DNA of 64,000 bases from Azolla caroliniana (lineage: Eukaryota; Plantae; Polypodiophyta). Numbering within the stretch: the stretch's first letter is position 1; each line of letters begins with the position of its first letter. The stretch covers positions 19,158,001 to 19,222,000 of the forward strand of contig JBHGNT010000009.1 in assembly GCA_043228905.1 (NCBI GenBank). The letters run 5' to 3'. The notes beneath the pieces are model-generated. The model was not told where the DNA came from. It did not search any database and was given only the letters and a program-made list of their open reading frames with translations. The position numbers were made by a program, and so were the translations under genes. Shown here in pieces: positions 31,886 through 42,763 of this stretch.

Positions 31886-34800
31886 ATGCGCCATGTACTT
31901 GTTGTATTGGAACCGCACAATGGGGTTCTTCTGGTGGATAGATCGGCGTAATTGCGCATTAGCCAATGTTGAGGCTATTCTAGCCGACACAAACTTCGCT
32001 CTTGAAGGCCCTTCATCGCTCTTCTCGGAGTCGGATTCGCGTCGATCCGACTTGTCCCTATCCGTGCCGTACTCCGGCATCTTCTTCTTTCCCGTTTCTT
32101 TGCACGTAAGCTGTCTCTTTGGCTTCCTGCCCGGAGAATGCACGACTGAGTCACTACTCGTCGGCTCTTCATCTGACTAGTCAACTCGACTCTGTCGCTC
32201 ATTCGGTCCACTCAGCCGAAATGAGATCGGACTCTCTTCAAGAGTTCCACCTTTGCATTCATCAGGAGGCATCTTAGCCTTGCTGACCTCATCTTCGGAA
32301 CTCAGATTGGAGTTGAGGTCTGGAGTCGGAGGTAAATACCAAGACGCAGATTCATCGAACACGACATCGCTACTTACACGAGCTTGTTTGGTTTGGGGGT
32401 TATAACACTTATAACCCTTTTGTTTGTCCGAATAGCCAACCAAGATACACTTCTCGGCTTTCGCATCCAGCTTCCTCTGCTTCTCCTTTGACACATGCAC
32501 ATACGCGATGCTTCCGAAAACCCTCAAGTGTCGTAGATTCAGCTTCCTTCCGAAATACAGCTCATGTGCCGACACTTTTTCTTTGATCCGATTCTGGATG
32601 TAGACCGCCGTTCGAACCGCTTCGGCCCAATAGAACTTGGGCATGCTCTTTTCTTCCAGCATTGCCCACGCCGCTTCCACAACCGACCGATTCTTCCTTT
32701 CGGCTACGCCATTTTGTTCCGGCGTATACCTGCAACTGAACTCGCGCCGAACTCCCAGTTGTTGCAAATAGCCGTGGAATTGGTTGGAAAAGTACTCTTT
32801 TCTGCCATCCGACCACAGGCACTTGATTTTGTTCCCTGTTTCCCTTTCAACAAGATTTTGAGATTCAAGTAACAGTCGAAGACTTCACACTTCTTTTCGA
32901 TGAGGTAGATCCATGTGTGTCAGGTGTAGTCGTCAATGAAGGAGGCAAAATATCGACTCCCGGCAAGACTCACGTTCTGTGCTAGTCCCCATACATCTGA
33001 ATGTATCAAGTCGAGCTTATTTCGGCTTCAATTACGCTCGTTGGGGAAACGAAGTCATTGTTGCTTCCCTAGCTAGCAGGCTTCACAAATTTGGGCCTTT
33101 CGACCACTGAATTTCGGCAATCTGAACACAACTTGTTTCGATTGCAGGTCCTGAAGCCTTTGGTAGTTGACGTGGCCTATCCGCTTATGCCACAAGTCGA
33201 TATGCGACTCAACTTTTTTCCCTTTAGCGAACATGGTGGTGCCTACTTCATTGGTGTCGAGGATGAACATCCTCCCACCTCTACGCCCTTGCGCAATAAC
33301 TTGGCCTTCTTCCTAGATGAAGCACCCGAGATGCGTGAACCGGACTTGCATCCCCTAGTCGATGATTTGACTGACCGACACCGACCGATAATTTTCAGGA
33401 CGTGTAACACGTTCATTACCTTCCCTTTTTCCCGACGTGGCTAAGGGGAACTTCACCAACATGTACAATCGGATGCGGAGTGTAATCTCTTGTTGCGACT
33501 ACTCCCAGTTGTTCCGATTTTTCCAAATATGAGAACCATTCTTTATGGTTCGTCATATGGTTTGACACTCCAAAGTCAACATACCCCACTTCTTCTGATT
33601 TCGGGGTAGTCTTCTTCATCGAGTTCGCTTCGTGTCTTGTCACGAAGGCTGCCCCCTTTCCGACTTTTTCTGATCCTTCAGCGTAGTGCGTCCGCTGCCG
33701 ATTTCCTTGTTTGGTCCGTTTGGATTCGGATCCAGATCCGGTTTTCTCCGAATCGGCGCACTTCTTCCAACACTCGCTCTCCTTGTGGCCTTTCTGGCCA
33801 CAATACCAGCATTATGCGACGTGTTTCCCTTGCTGGTTCTCGTCACCTCCTCGACTCGCCCTACTTCCGGAGGGTCCAGAATTGTTGTTGGCATCACCAC
33901 GATGCCCTCTTCCTTGCTCCGGTAGGCTGCCTCCATTGCACGCCGATTCGCCTCGTCCACCACAACCACGGGGCCTATCTCCCTCTGTGTAGAGCATCTT
34001 GTTGTCAGTGTGTGTACTCGTCAGCGCACCTGCGTGATTCTCCTCTACAAGGAGCATTGACTCCAAGTCGAAAAACGACGGCATACTCTCCTTTGTACAC
34101 ATAGCAGTTCGGAATGCTCCGAACTTCGACGCCAATTCTTCGAGGCAGAACTGCACCATTTCGCCCTCCTCAACGTTCACATCAATGGAGGCGAGGGAGT
34201 CGCAGATCCTTTATCTTGGAGGTGTAGTCAGCCACCGTCATGTCACGTTGACGCACATTGTTCAACTCCTGTCAGAGTTGGAGCTTCTTGGTTGTGGTGC
34301 TTGCGGCGAAAATCTTTTTCAGATTTCCCCAAGCATCCTTCGGCATTCTTGCATCCCGAATGTAGCTCAAGAGTTGTTCACTCACACAGGACGCGAAGCA
34401 GAAGACAACTTTGTTGGCCGACTGTTCCCAGGCTGGGAAGTCTCTGTGTGTCGATTCGGGTGCTGCATCATTTGCTCCATCGACATAACTCCAATATACA
34501 TGTCCGAGTAGGTACTAGTGCATCTTGTACGACCAAAATGCATAGTTACTCTTGTCAAGCTTCTCAGTTGGAAGCGAACTAGGCATACCTCTATCCACCG
34601 AGATTAGGTTTTTTTTTTTTGTTTTGAGCTGAAATCGGCTGCAAAGGTTCTCAACCCTCAAGCTCTGATACCATCTGAAATGTTATGTGCGGAAGCTATG
34701 CGAAACACAGAACACTGACAGAGAAAAAACACGTTTAATGGAGAGCTGAAGACACAATGTATGCGGGAGAGACATAGGGAAAAACACACAGAAAAACAAA

Positions 34801-35511
34801 ATTCAAAATAATGTGTAAAAGCTCTATACATAGGATGTGCTCAGAGAGCACTTTTATAGAAGTCCATACGGACTGATAGAAGTACTGACACGTACTTCAA
34901 TGCTCATAACTAAGCTCCTACACTAACTCCCAAATATATTCCCTCGCGGAATATCTGTTCAACGGCCTCCCGGTTTCCACACCGACCCGGCCCTTGTTGC
35001 GCACCGGTTTACGCACCGATTTGGCCAATGTTGAGCTTGTATCTCAACAGCTGGCTCCGGTGCTACATTGTTTGTTCCTTCCACATAGCTCTAGTAACCA
35101 TGCCCCAGTAGGTACTGGTGCATTTTATATGACCAGGATGCATAGTGGCTCCGGTTGAGCTTTTCTTTGGGAAGCGAGTAGACCATGCCTCTGTCCATTT
35201 TGGTTCTCTTCTGTTCTTCACCGGGTGTTAGGGTTTGTCTTCGAAAGCGTATGTGGGCTACAAAGGAGTCTCAACCCTCGCGCTCTGATACCATGTGAAA
35301 GTTAATATGCGGAAGTGTATGACAAACCGGCTCAGCCGGATACCAACAGAACATAGAGAAGAAGGTTTAATAGAGACCTTACATAGAGAATACATGGAGA
35401 GACTGAGAGAGCAGAACATAAACTCAATTCAAAAATAATAATCCTCTGTACATAGAATGTGCTCAGAGAGCACTTTTATCTTTAGTACTAATTCTCCTTA
35501 CCTCTTGTACT

Positions 35512-36254
35512 TGTTGGGAAACAGGTCCCTCCGGATGGGAAGTGAGGAGAACAGTGTTGATGAGCAAACTCGGCCAAGGCCGAAACAGGATGTGGAGTAC
35601 CCGGATACGGAAGACCCGATGAGAACCGGATGATGAGTACCCGGCTACGGAAGACCCGGTGAGAACCGGATGATGAGTACCCGGCTACGGAAGAACCGGT
35701 GAGAACCGGATGATGAGTACCTGGCTACGGAAGACCCGGTGAGAACCGGATGACGAGTGCCCGGCTAGAGCCAGATGGTGAAGGCCCGGTGAGAAGTGCT
35801 CACCGGATGAAGAGACATATTCGTAAATATATTTTCTAAGAGTCCATCGTGGCTATATTTGTAAATAGCCGAAAAGTCATATTAGTATAAATATGACTTA
35901 GGGCAAACTTAGTGACATAGTAGTTGTCATTCTTGTTGGTGCAAGATTAGAGTGCGTAACTGTGTACAGAGAGAGAAAGAGACAAAGAGTTCGTATCTCT
36001 GTTGTAACCGCCGCCTATGGCAAAGACAGTGAACAAGAGGTTGTTGCCTCTGTGTTCATCTATTGTATATTGTTACATAGTGATAGTTAGCAGTCAGTGG
36101 ACTGTCGTGGTTTTTCCCGTATTTGGGTTTTCCACGTAAACATCCTGTGTACTCCTCTCTCCATTGTGTCGTGCATTCATTCCCGTTTTCTGTGTTTGAT
36201 TCTAAGCTTGGTTGTGGCCGAGTGTTGTTCATCGAGAGCGTGGAGTTCTTGTCA
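35512..36254 (+). mobile_element. Solo LTR of the B/E/I Copia family
   Basis: TG...CA ends, TSD GTACT at 35507-35511 and 36255-36259, 39-bp U3 repeats like LTR B. Confidence 0.92.
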
Positions 36255-36271
36255 GTACTATCCCTGATAGT

Positions 36272-36283
36272 TTGAACCAAATT
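36272..36283 (+). promoter_or_regulatory. Putative self-priming PBS of G
   Basis: TTGAACCAAATT, 2 nt after the LTR, is complementary to AATTCGGTTCAA (41160-41171, 11/12), which lies 33 nt after the TATA start. No TGG-type tRNA PBS. Confidence 0.65.
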
Positions 36284-36339
36284 TCCCATCTTCTTATCCC
36301 TCTTTCCCTTCATACTAATCATCTTATCCTTCCTTCCAC

Positions 36340-39300
36340 CAATAGTAAATGACAATTGTTAGCACGCAAGAATACCAATCCGTTTTCTCGGAGCTCGAGT
36401 GCTTAAAATAAAATTTGGTCGCACTAGAACAACAAATCATCGTTTGTTGGGGGATCTTCAACAAATAGCTTTAGGAAAACAATAAATTGAAGCAACTATT
36501 GTGTTATTGCAATAACAGGGACCAAGCACTCAAGGGACTCCCAAGGAACCTAAGATTGTTCTTCCTATGAAGTTCGATGGTAAACGTTTGGTGATTCAAA
36601 TGCATCCTTCTCGATATCCCATTGATGCATCACGAGTGGAACTAGTAGCCATGCTACGTAGTAGCATAGCTTTGACCTGGTTTACCCCTTTGATAGAAAA
36701 AGAATCTGCTTTGTTAAAAATTTTGAGGATTTTATTAGCAACTTTAAAGCATGTTTTGGAGATACCGATAGCGTTACGACAGCAATCAACAAAATCCGAA
36801 GACTACGTCAAGGTGATCGGCCAACCTGAGCTTATGTTGTGGATTTCCGTCTTCTCACCACCTATATTCCTTGGGATGACCAAGTATTGATGGAGCAATT
36901 TCACTATGGCATACGTAATGACTTTCCCCGAAGAACCAAAGTCGCTCACACAAGCAATCAGTCATGCGGTATGATGCGATAACCGGTTTTTCGAATGACG
37001 TTCGGAGCTTTAGTTCCAAATGCCAAGGACAAGATCAAAGCCCACCTACGCCTCAGTTGTAACAAAACCTTTTCCAATGGAGTCATATAATGCATCTCCA
37101 GAAAATACTCCAACACCAATGGAAATCGACACCACACGCTGTCGTGGACCATCATCTGAAGAGGAAAAGCAATGACGCCGAACAAACCAATTATGTCTTT
37201 ATTATGGTGGACCGGGGGATATTGCAGTGAATTGTCCTCATAGGCCAAGAAGATAGGTAAATCAAATAGCCACTAGTACTAATAGTACTAAACCGGAGTC
37301 TATTCCATTAGGAGTCTCTGATAGTCCTAATAGCCCAAGCCTATCAAACTAGTTTGAAGTCCTTAATCAACTAGAAGAAGAGTTAAACGACTAAGTCCAG
37401 CCAAAATAGCAGTCGTTTGGTTGGACAGCCCTAGATGTGTGCAACCCATTAGTGGTTCAATTCCCTCTAAGCAAGTTAGCAATGTCTTCCAAGCTAAAGT
37501 AACAATGAGTACTAAAAGTAACCCTCCAATACATGTCTTAGCACTCTCAGATTCCAGAGCCAATTCTTGCTTCATGGATAAGAATTTTGCCCAAGCTCAT
37601 CAAATATCCCTAAGAAAACTCCCTTGCCCAGCTTCTGTAGTAGTCATTGATGGTCGCCCCATTTCTTTTGGAAATATCATAGAAGAGTCGGAGCCGATTC
37701 GTGTTGTCCTAAATAATTTGGTGTGTGTGGTATCATTTAATATAATTAGTAGTCTAGAGCATCCAATTTTTTGGGGGTTACCATGGTTCGAATTACACAA
37801 TCCAAACATAGATTGGAGAACAAGAGAAATCAGAATCTCGAGAATCTACGCACAAGATTTCAGCCATTTTGCCACATCAATTACGTGAGGAAGGACGCAA
37901 GGAATCCATGTTTGTATTTGTAGTATTAGTGAAACCTTCCAACACTGCTAAGGAGGAATCAACAATTCAACTTCCAAAGAAGTATCATTCATTATGCCGA
38001 CGTTTTTGATAAGGTAAAAGCTAGTACTCTTCCTCACAATCGACTGTATGATTGTCCCATTGATTTACAACCAGGAAAAGAGTCACCGTGGGGACCGATC
38101 ACAACTTGTCACCAACTGAGCTTGAAGTTCTTCACGCCAACATAGAGGAAAATTTGGCAAACAGGTTCATTCGACATTTGAAATCTCTAGCCGGTGCACC
38201 TATTTTCTTCGTCAAGAATAAAGATGGCTCACTTCTTCTAGTCGTGGATTATCGTGGCTTGAATAAGGTCACCATCAGGAATAGGTATTCACTTCCCCTG
38301 ATCTCGAGTCTTTTAGAGAGGATTGATGGTGCAAATTTTTTAACAAAAATTGACTACCTCGTACGGATTTGACTAGGAGATGAATGGAAGACAACCTTCC
38401 ACACCCGATATAGACAAACTACCTAGTATACAATTATGCCATTCGGCCTCGCCAATGTGCTAGCAGTCTTCCAGCATATGGCAAAAGATATATTCGGAGA
38501 TCTTTTGGACATCTGTTTGATCATCTACTTGGGTGCTCTACTATTGTATTCAAAGACACAATAGGAGCATGAATCTCATTTACTATTAGTACTAAGACGA
38601 CTACGAGAACATGGTCCTTATGCAAAGCTGGAAAAGTGTAGTTTTGACTGTAACTAGGTGGAATTCCTAGGCTATGTCATCTCCTCGGAAGGCATATCTA
38701 TCGATCCAGCTAAAGTCCAAACTATGTTAGACTAGCAAACTCCACATTCGTTGGGAGATGTGCAATGCTTTTTAGGATTTGCAAATTTCTACCGCAAGTT
38801 TATACAGGACTACTCAAAGCTTATTTTACCGCTCACACAACTTACAAAGAAGGGACAATTGTTTGTTTCGTCTAAGGAAGTGGACACGGCTTTTGAAGGT
38901 CTCAAGTAAGCATTTACATCTGCTGCTGTTCTAGCTCATGTTGATCCACAAAAACCATTTATCATTGAGGGAGATGTGCCAGATTTCGCCCTCAGTAGTA
39001 TTTTGTCACAGTAAGGCGAAGATGAGAAGCTACATCTCGTAGCTTTCCACACACGCAAAATTGATGCCACCGAAATCAACTACGAGATACATGACAATGA
39101 ACTATTAGCAATAGTTGACTCTTTTGCACAATTGAGGCATTTTTTAGAACTTGGATCTCCTCATCAAGTCACTGTATTTAGTGATCACAAGAATCTTGCC
39201 TACTTCCAGAATGCTCGCGTGTTAAATAGACGACAAGCTCGATGGGCTCACTTCCTCACTCGTTTTGACTTCAAGATTACATATCATCCAGGCAAGCAAC

Positions 39301-40926
39301 AGGGGAAGGTAGATGCATTATCATGATGCTCGTATCTAGCTCCTCGTTCTGGTGATCCAGCCTTCAATAATCAAAGCAAGTAATCTTGGGTCCAACACGA
39401 CTTCAAGCAACGTGGGTTTTTGACACTCAAATGGATTCCTGCATTATCGATACCATACGTGAAGATTTGAAGACAAATGTTTTTGCTCAAGCTATTCTAG
39501 ATCAAATCGATCCCTCTCGAGCATCTTGTTCACAGTCACAACAATTAGGTACGGATTGTCAACAATTCAAATGTCATGATGGTTTACTCTTCTTTAAGAA
39601 AATTTTGTATGTTCCCAATGGTTCTTGTCACCTTTGAATAGTACAAAATTGTCGTGACACATACATAGCTGGACATTTTGGTATTACTAAAATGTTGGAT
39701 TTAGTACAATGATCAATTTGGTGGCCCCATATGTGAAGATTTTTTGAAGACTATGTTCGGACATGGATACATGTTGCAGAGTTAAGATGCCTTGACATCA
39801 TCCATATGGTTTGTTGGAGCCATTACCAATCCCAAGCAAACCGTGGCAATCTATTTCTCTAGATTTTATTATAGATCTTCCGGATTCGAAGGGCTTCAAT
39901 GCGATCATAACAATTGTCGATCGATATACTAAGATGGCACATTTTGTGCCTTGTACTAAAAAAATTACTAATGGAGAAACCGCGGGAATTGTTATGTGTG
40001 ACGTATTTGGACATCATGGTCTTCCCGACAGTATCATCAGTGATCGTGGACCTCAATTCGTCTCTAAATTTTTGAAGCATCTCTTCAAAATTCTCAAGGT
40101 CACTTGCGATCTCTCCTCTGGCTATCATCCCCAAACAGATGGACAAGCAGAATGTACCAATCAAACATTGGAACAGTATCTTCGATGTTTCCTAAGTTAT
40201 CAACAAGATGATTGGGCAAATATTCTACACTTTGTTGAATTTGCATATAATAATTCTATCCACTCCTCTACTAGGGTTACACCATTCTACTGTCATCCTC
40301 GGTGGTGTGTGTTAGAAACTCCTGAGTTATCCACAAATCCTAGTACAGAGGATCATTTGGAGTGGCTACGACGAATTCAGGCAAAACTATCTATCCATCT
40401 ACATCGTGCCCAGCAAACACAAAAGGACTATGCGGATCGACATTGAATTCCATGTTCTTTTGATATTAGAGATCGAGTATGGCTATTATGATGACACATC
40501 AAGACTACTCGACCATGTGACAAACTGGATTATCGATGGTTAGGCCCTTTTCGTATTAATGGAAAAATTAATGATGTCATTTTTCGCCTTGATCTACCTC
40601 CACAACTCTGGATACATCTGGTATTTCATAGTTCTCTTCTAGAACCCTATCAGGACAACAGTATCCTAGGTCGTATTACACCACCTCCACCACCAATCGA
40701 ACTTGAAGAGGGACCTGAGTATGAGGTTGTTGTCATCCTCATTTCCAAGATGGTTCGCAACAAGCTCTATTATTTAGTTGATTGGCTAGGATATAATCCA
40801 AACAAGCGTACTTGGGAACTAGTGACGAATTTGGTGAATGCTCAAGCCCTTCTTGAAGACTTCCATCGTCAATATCCAGATAAACCAAGTCCTCAATCAA
40901 AGACAACTTGTAACACTCGTTGTTTA
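36340..40926 (+). pseudogene. G gag-pol pseudogene (capsid, knuckle, PR, RT, RH, INT, chromodomain)
   Basis: EPKIVLPMKFDG, GAPIFFVK, DHKNLAYF...LNRRQARW, WQSISLDFI, chromodomain YYLVDWLGY...TWE. Many stops. Start position approximate. Confidence 0.9.
37382..37426 (+). promoter_or_regulatory. Predicted gag/pol -1 frameshift signal of G
   Basis: G TTA AAC GAC TAA ends gag; the -1 frame runs into protease ORF 37421. An 11-bp stem (37395-37405 with 37416-37426) follows a 6-nt spacer. Confidence 0.65.
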
Positions 40927-40939
40927 AAGGGGGCAATAG

Positions 40940-42036
40940 TTTCATGATATGGCATTTTATGGCTCCAAAAGGTTTTGAACCCATGACCTTGTGTTACAAG
41001 AGTTGAATCCTTAACATTAAACCAGGCATTGTAATACAAAAGATATCATATTTATTTATTATTTCACTTAGGAAATTCATGTATATTCCAAATTTCTCTG
41101 GAACATTCTAGAAACTTCAAGAGTACTATAAATAGAAGCACATGGCATTATTAAGAACCAATTCGGTTCAACGCCAGTCTTAAGCCTCCTAGTTGTTCTT
41201 GTATCTTCCTTCATATAATATAATTATACTTCTTGCTGTCATCATTCTCTCTCTCTTCTCTCTCTCAGCAAAATTTTGTGTTCCGGTTGGATGCAAGATA
41301 TAGAAAAATGGTTTGGTAGATGGGATGCAAGACACTTGCTTCATGATGCATCATTAGATTCCTCTGTAAATGATGCATTTTTGCAATGCCAATGTATCAT
41401 GACATGGGACAAATTTGGAGGCTCACGCTTCACACATTATACTACACATGTTGCACCTAACTACAAAACCATATTCTTTGCGGAACGGGGAAATCATACA
41501 CATCCATACATGTTAGAGCCCATACCGTTATCCTCCATTCGAACCATTGCTTCCATGCGACTTAGCTCACATGCATTGCGATGTGAAACTGGGTGTTGGG
41601 GTTCAAGTGATGAGAGTGGTTGGCTATGCACACTTTGCCATAAACAAGTTCGCGAGTCTGAGTATCACACTTTGATACAATGCTCTGCCTTTGATCATAT
41701 TCGACCATGCTTTCCACATCTCTTCGATCGAGCCCAATCTTTGCATGAATTCCTCTCACAACCACAATGTGCACTCTCGATTGCAACATTCATTGGTAAA
41801 GTTCTTGAACATCGAGAGTCACTACTCACTTTCACACGTATCACGTGAAATGTAATATTTTTGGTCTCATAGGTCATATTTGACCTCCGAAGACGATAAT
41901 ATAATCTATCTATCTATCTATCTATCTCTTCCCCTCTCGTGATTCTCACACACCCTTTCCCTTCTTAGTACTAATCCTCATTCTTCTCCTCTATCTTTAG
42001 TACTAATTCTCCTTGGCTCTAGTACTATCCATGACA
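40940..42036 (+). repeat. 3' LTR of G, interrupted by a LINE at 41267-41924
   Basis: Matches 15625-16004 plus 35478-35511 plus 36255-36269; ends CATGACA. Confidence 0.9.
41267..41924 (+). mobile_element. 5'-truncated LINE with C-terminal CCHC finger and (ATCT)n tail, RTE-X-like
   Basis: RLSSHALRCETG...CTLC...ESEYHTLIQC, short 3' UTR with an AGGTCA/TGACCT hairpin, about 5-6 ATCT units, inserted in a (CT)n tract. Confidence 0.82.
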
Positions 42037-42048
42037 GTGGGGGTTACA

Positions 42049-42690
42049 ACCGCTCTCTTTCCTGGTGGGGATCGAATCATTGCTCGCTTGCACTCCATTC
42101 TCATTTGGGTCCACATTTCGCTCCACTTTCTTTTGACAAGCATCGATTTCGATGACTCACCTTCTAGTTTTGATGGGGGTCACAACTGCTCACTTTCTCG
42201 GTGGGGATCGTGTCAGTTTCTCGCTAGTGCTACCGTTTGTCCCATGTTTTGGGTCAACCTCAATTATTTACCCTCTCATGATAGAAGAAGTCAAATCAGC
42301 CACTTCACCTGCACTCCTTTGCCTGTTGTTCCAGTTCCCAATGAGGACCACACATGATCACTCACGCTCGTTCATGTTCCAGTTGCAATTCCCGGTGAGT
42401 GCCACACATGGTTGCTCACGCCCGTTGATGTTCCAGTTCTCACTGCCATTCGTGTTCTACTGCAGTCCTCACTCCCGTTCATGTTCTACTGCCTAGTGAG
42501 GACCCCATGCTCGCGCATGCCTGTTCATGTTCCCAGTGAGGACCGCACATGGTCGCGCACACCCGTCGGTGTTCCAATCTTCTGTGAGGACCACACATGG
42601 TCACTCACGTCCGTTGGTGTTCGTGTGTCCGATGAGGACAACATACGGTCTCTCACGTTCATTGGTGATCCACTTCCCACTCACCCCTAC
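42049..42690 (-). mobile_element. 3' internal remnant of element H with a degenerate 42-55 bp tandem array (~42320-42670)
   Basis: PPT 42049-42062; repeats of GTTCC...GTGAGGACCACACATGGTCACTCACGCCCGTT. Confidence 0.6.
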
Positions 42691-42763
42691 ATCACGTTTT
42701 CCAAAAGGTAGGCAAGAGATAGTGACATAAAATACATAGTTGGTGAGGATTGAACGTACAACC

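Larger units (their letters stand above)
23801..35049 (-). mobile_element. Element K2: full-length degenerate D-family Copia inserted in K1 gag
   Basis: TSD GCTGG at 23796-23800 and 35050-35054. LTRs 23801-24215 and 34674-35049. PBS 34662-34673, PPT 24216-24226. Fragmented gag-pol. Confidence 0.93.
16005..35477 (-). mobile_element. Element K1: D-family Copia, heavily deleted, hosting F and K2
   Basis: LTR pieces 16005-16371 and 35294-35477 match. iMet PBS 35282-35293. Gag split between 35050-35210 and 23800 downward; protease and pre-integrase region down to ~22475. Confidence 0.85.
15625..42036 (+). mobile_element. Element G: degenerate Tcn1/Tf1-like chromovirus hosting a 20-kb nest in its 5' LTR
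   Basis: TSD GTGGG at 15620-15624 and 42037-42041. 5' LTR pieces: 15625-16004, ~35478-35511, 36255-36269. 3' LTR 40940-42036 split by a LINE. PPT near 40927-40939. Confidence 0.9.
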
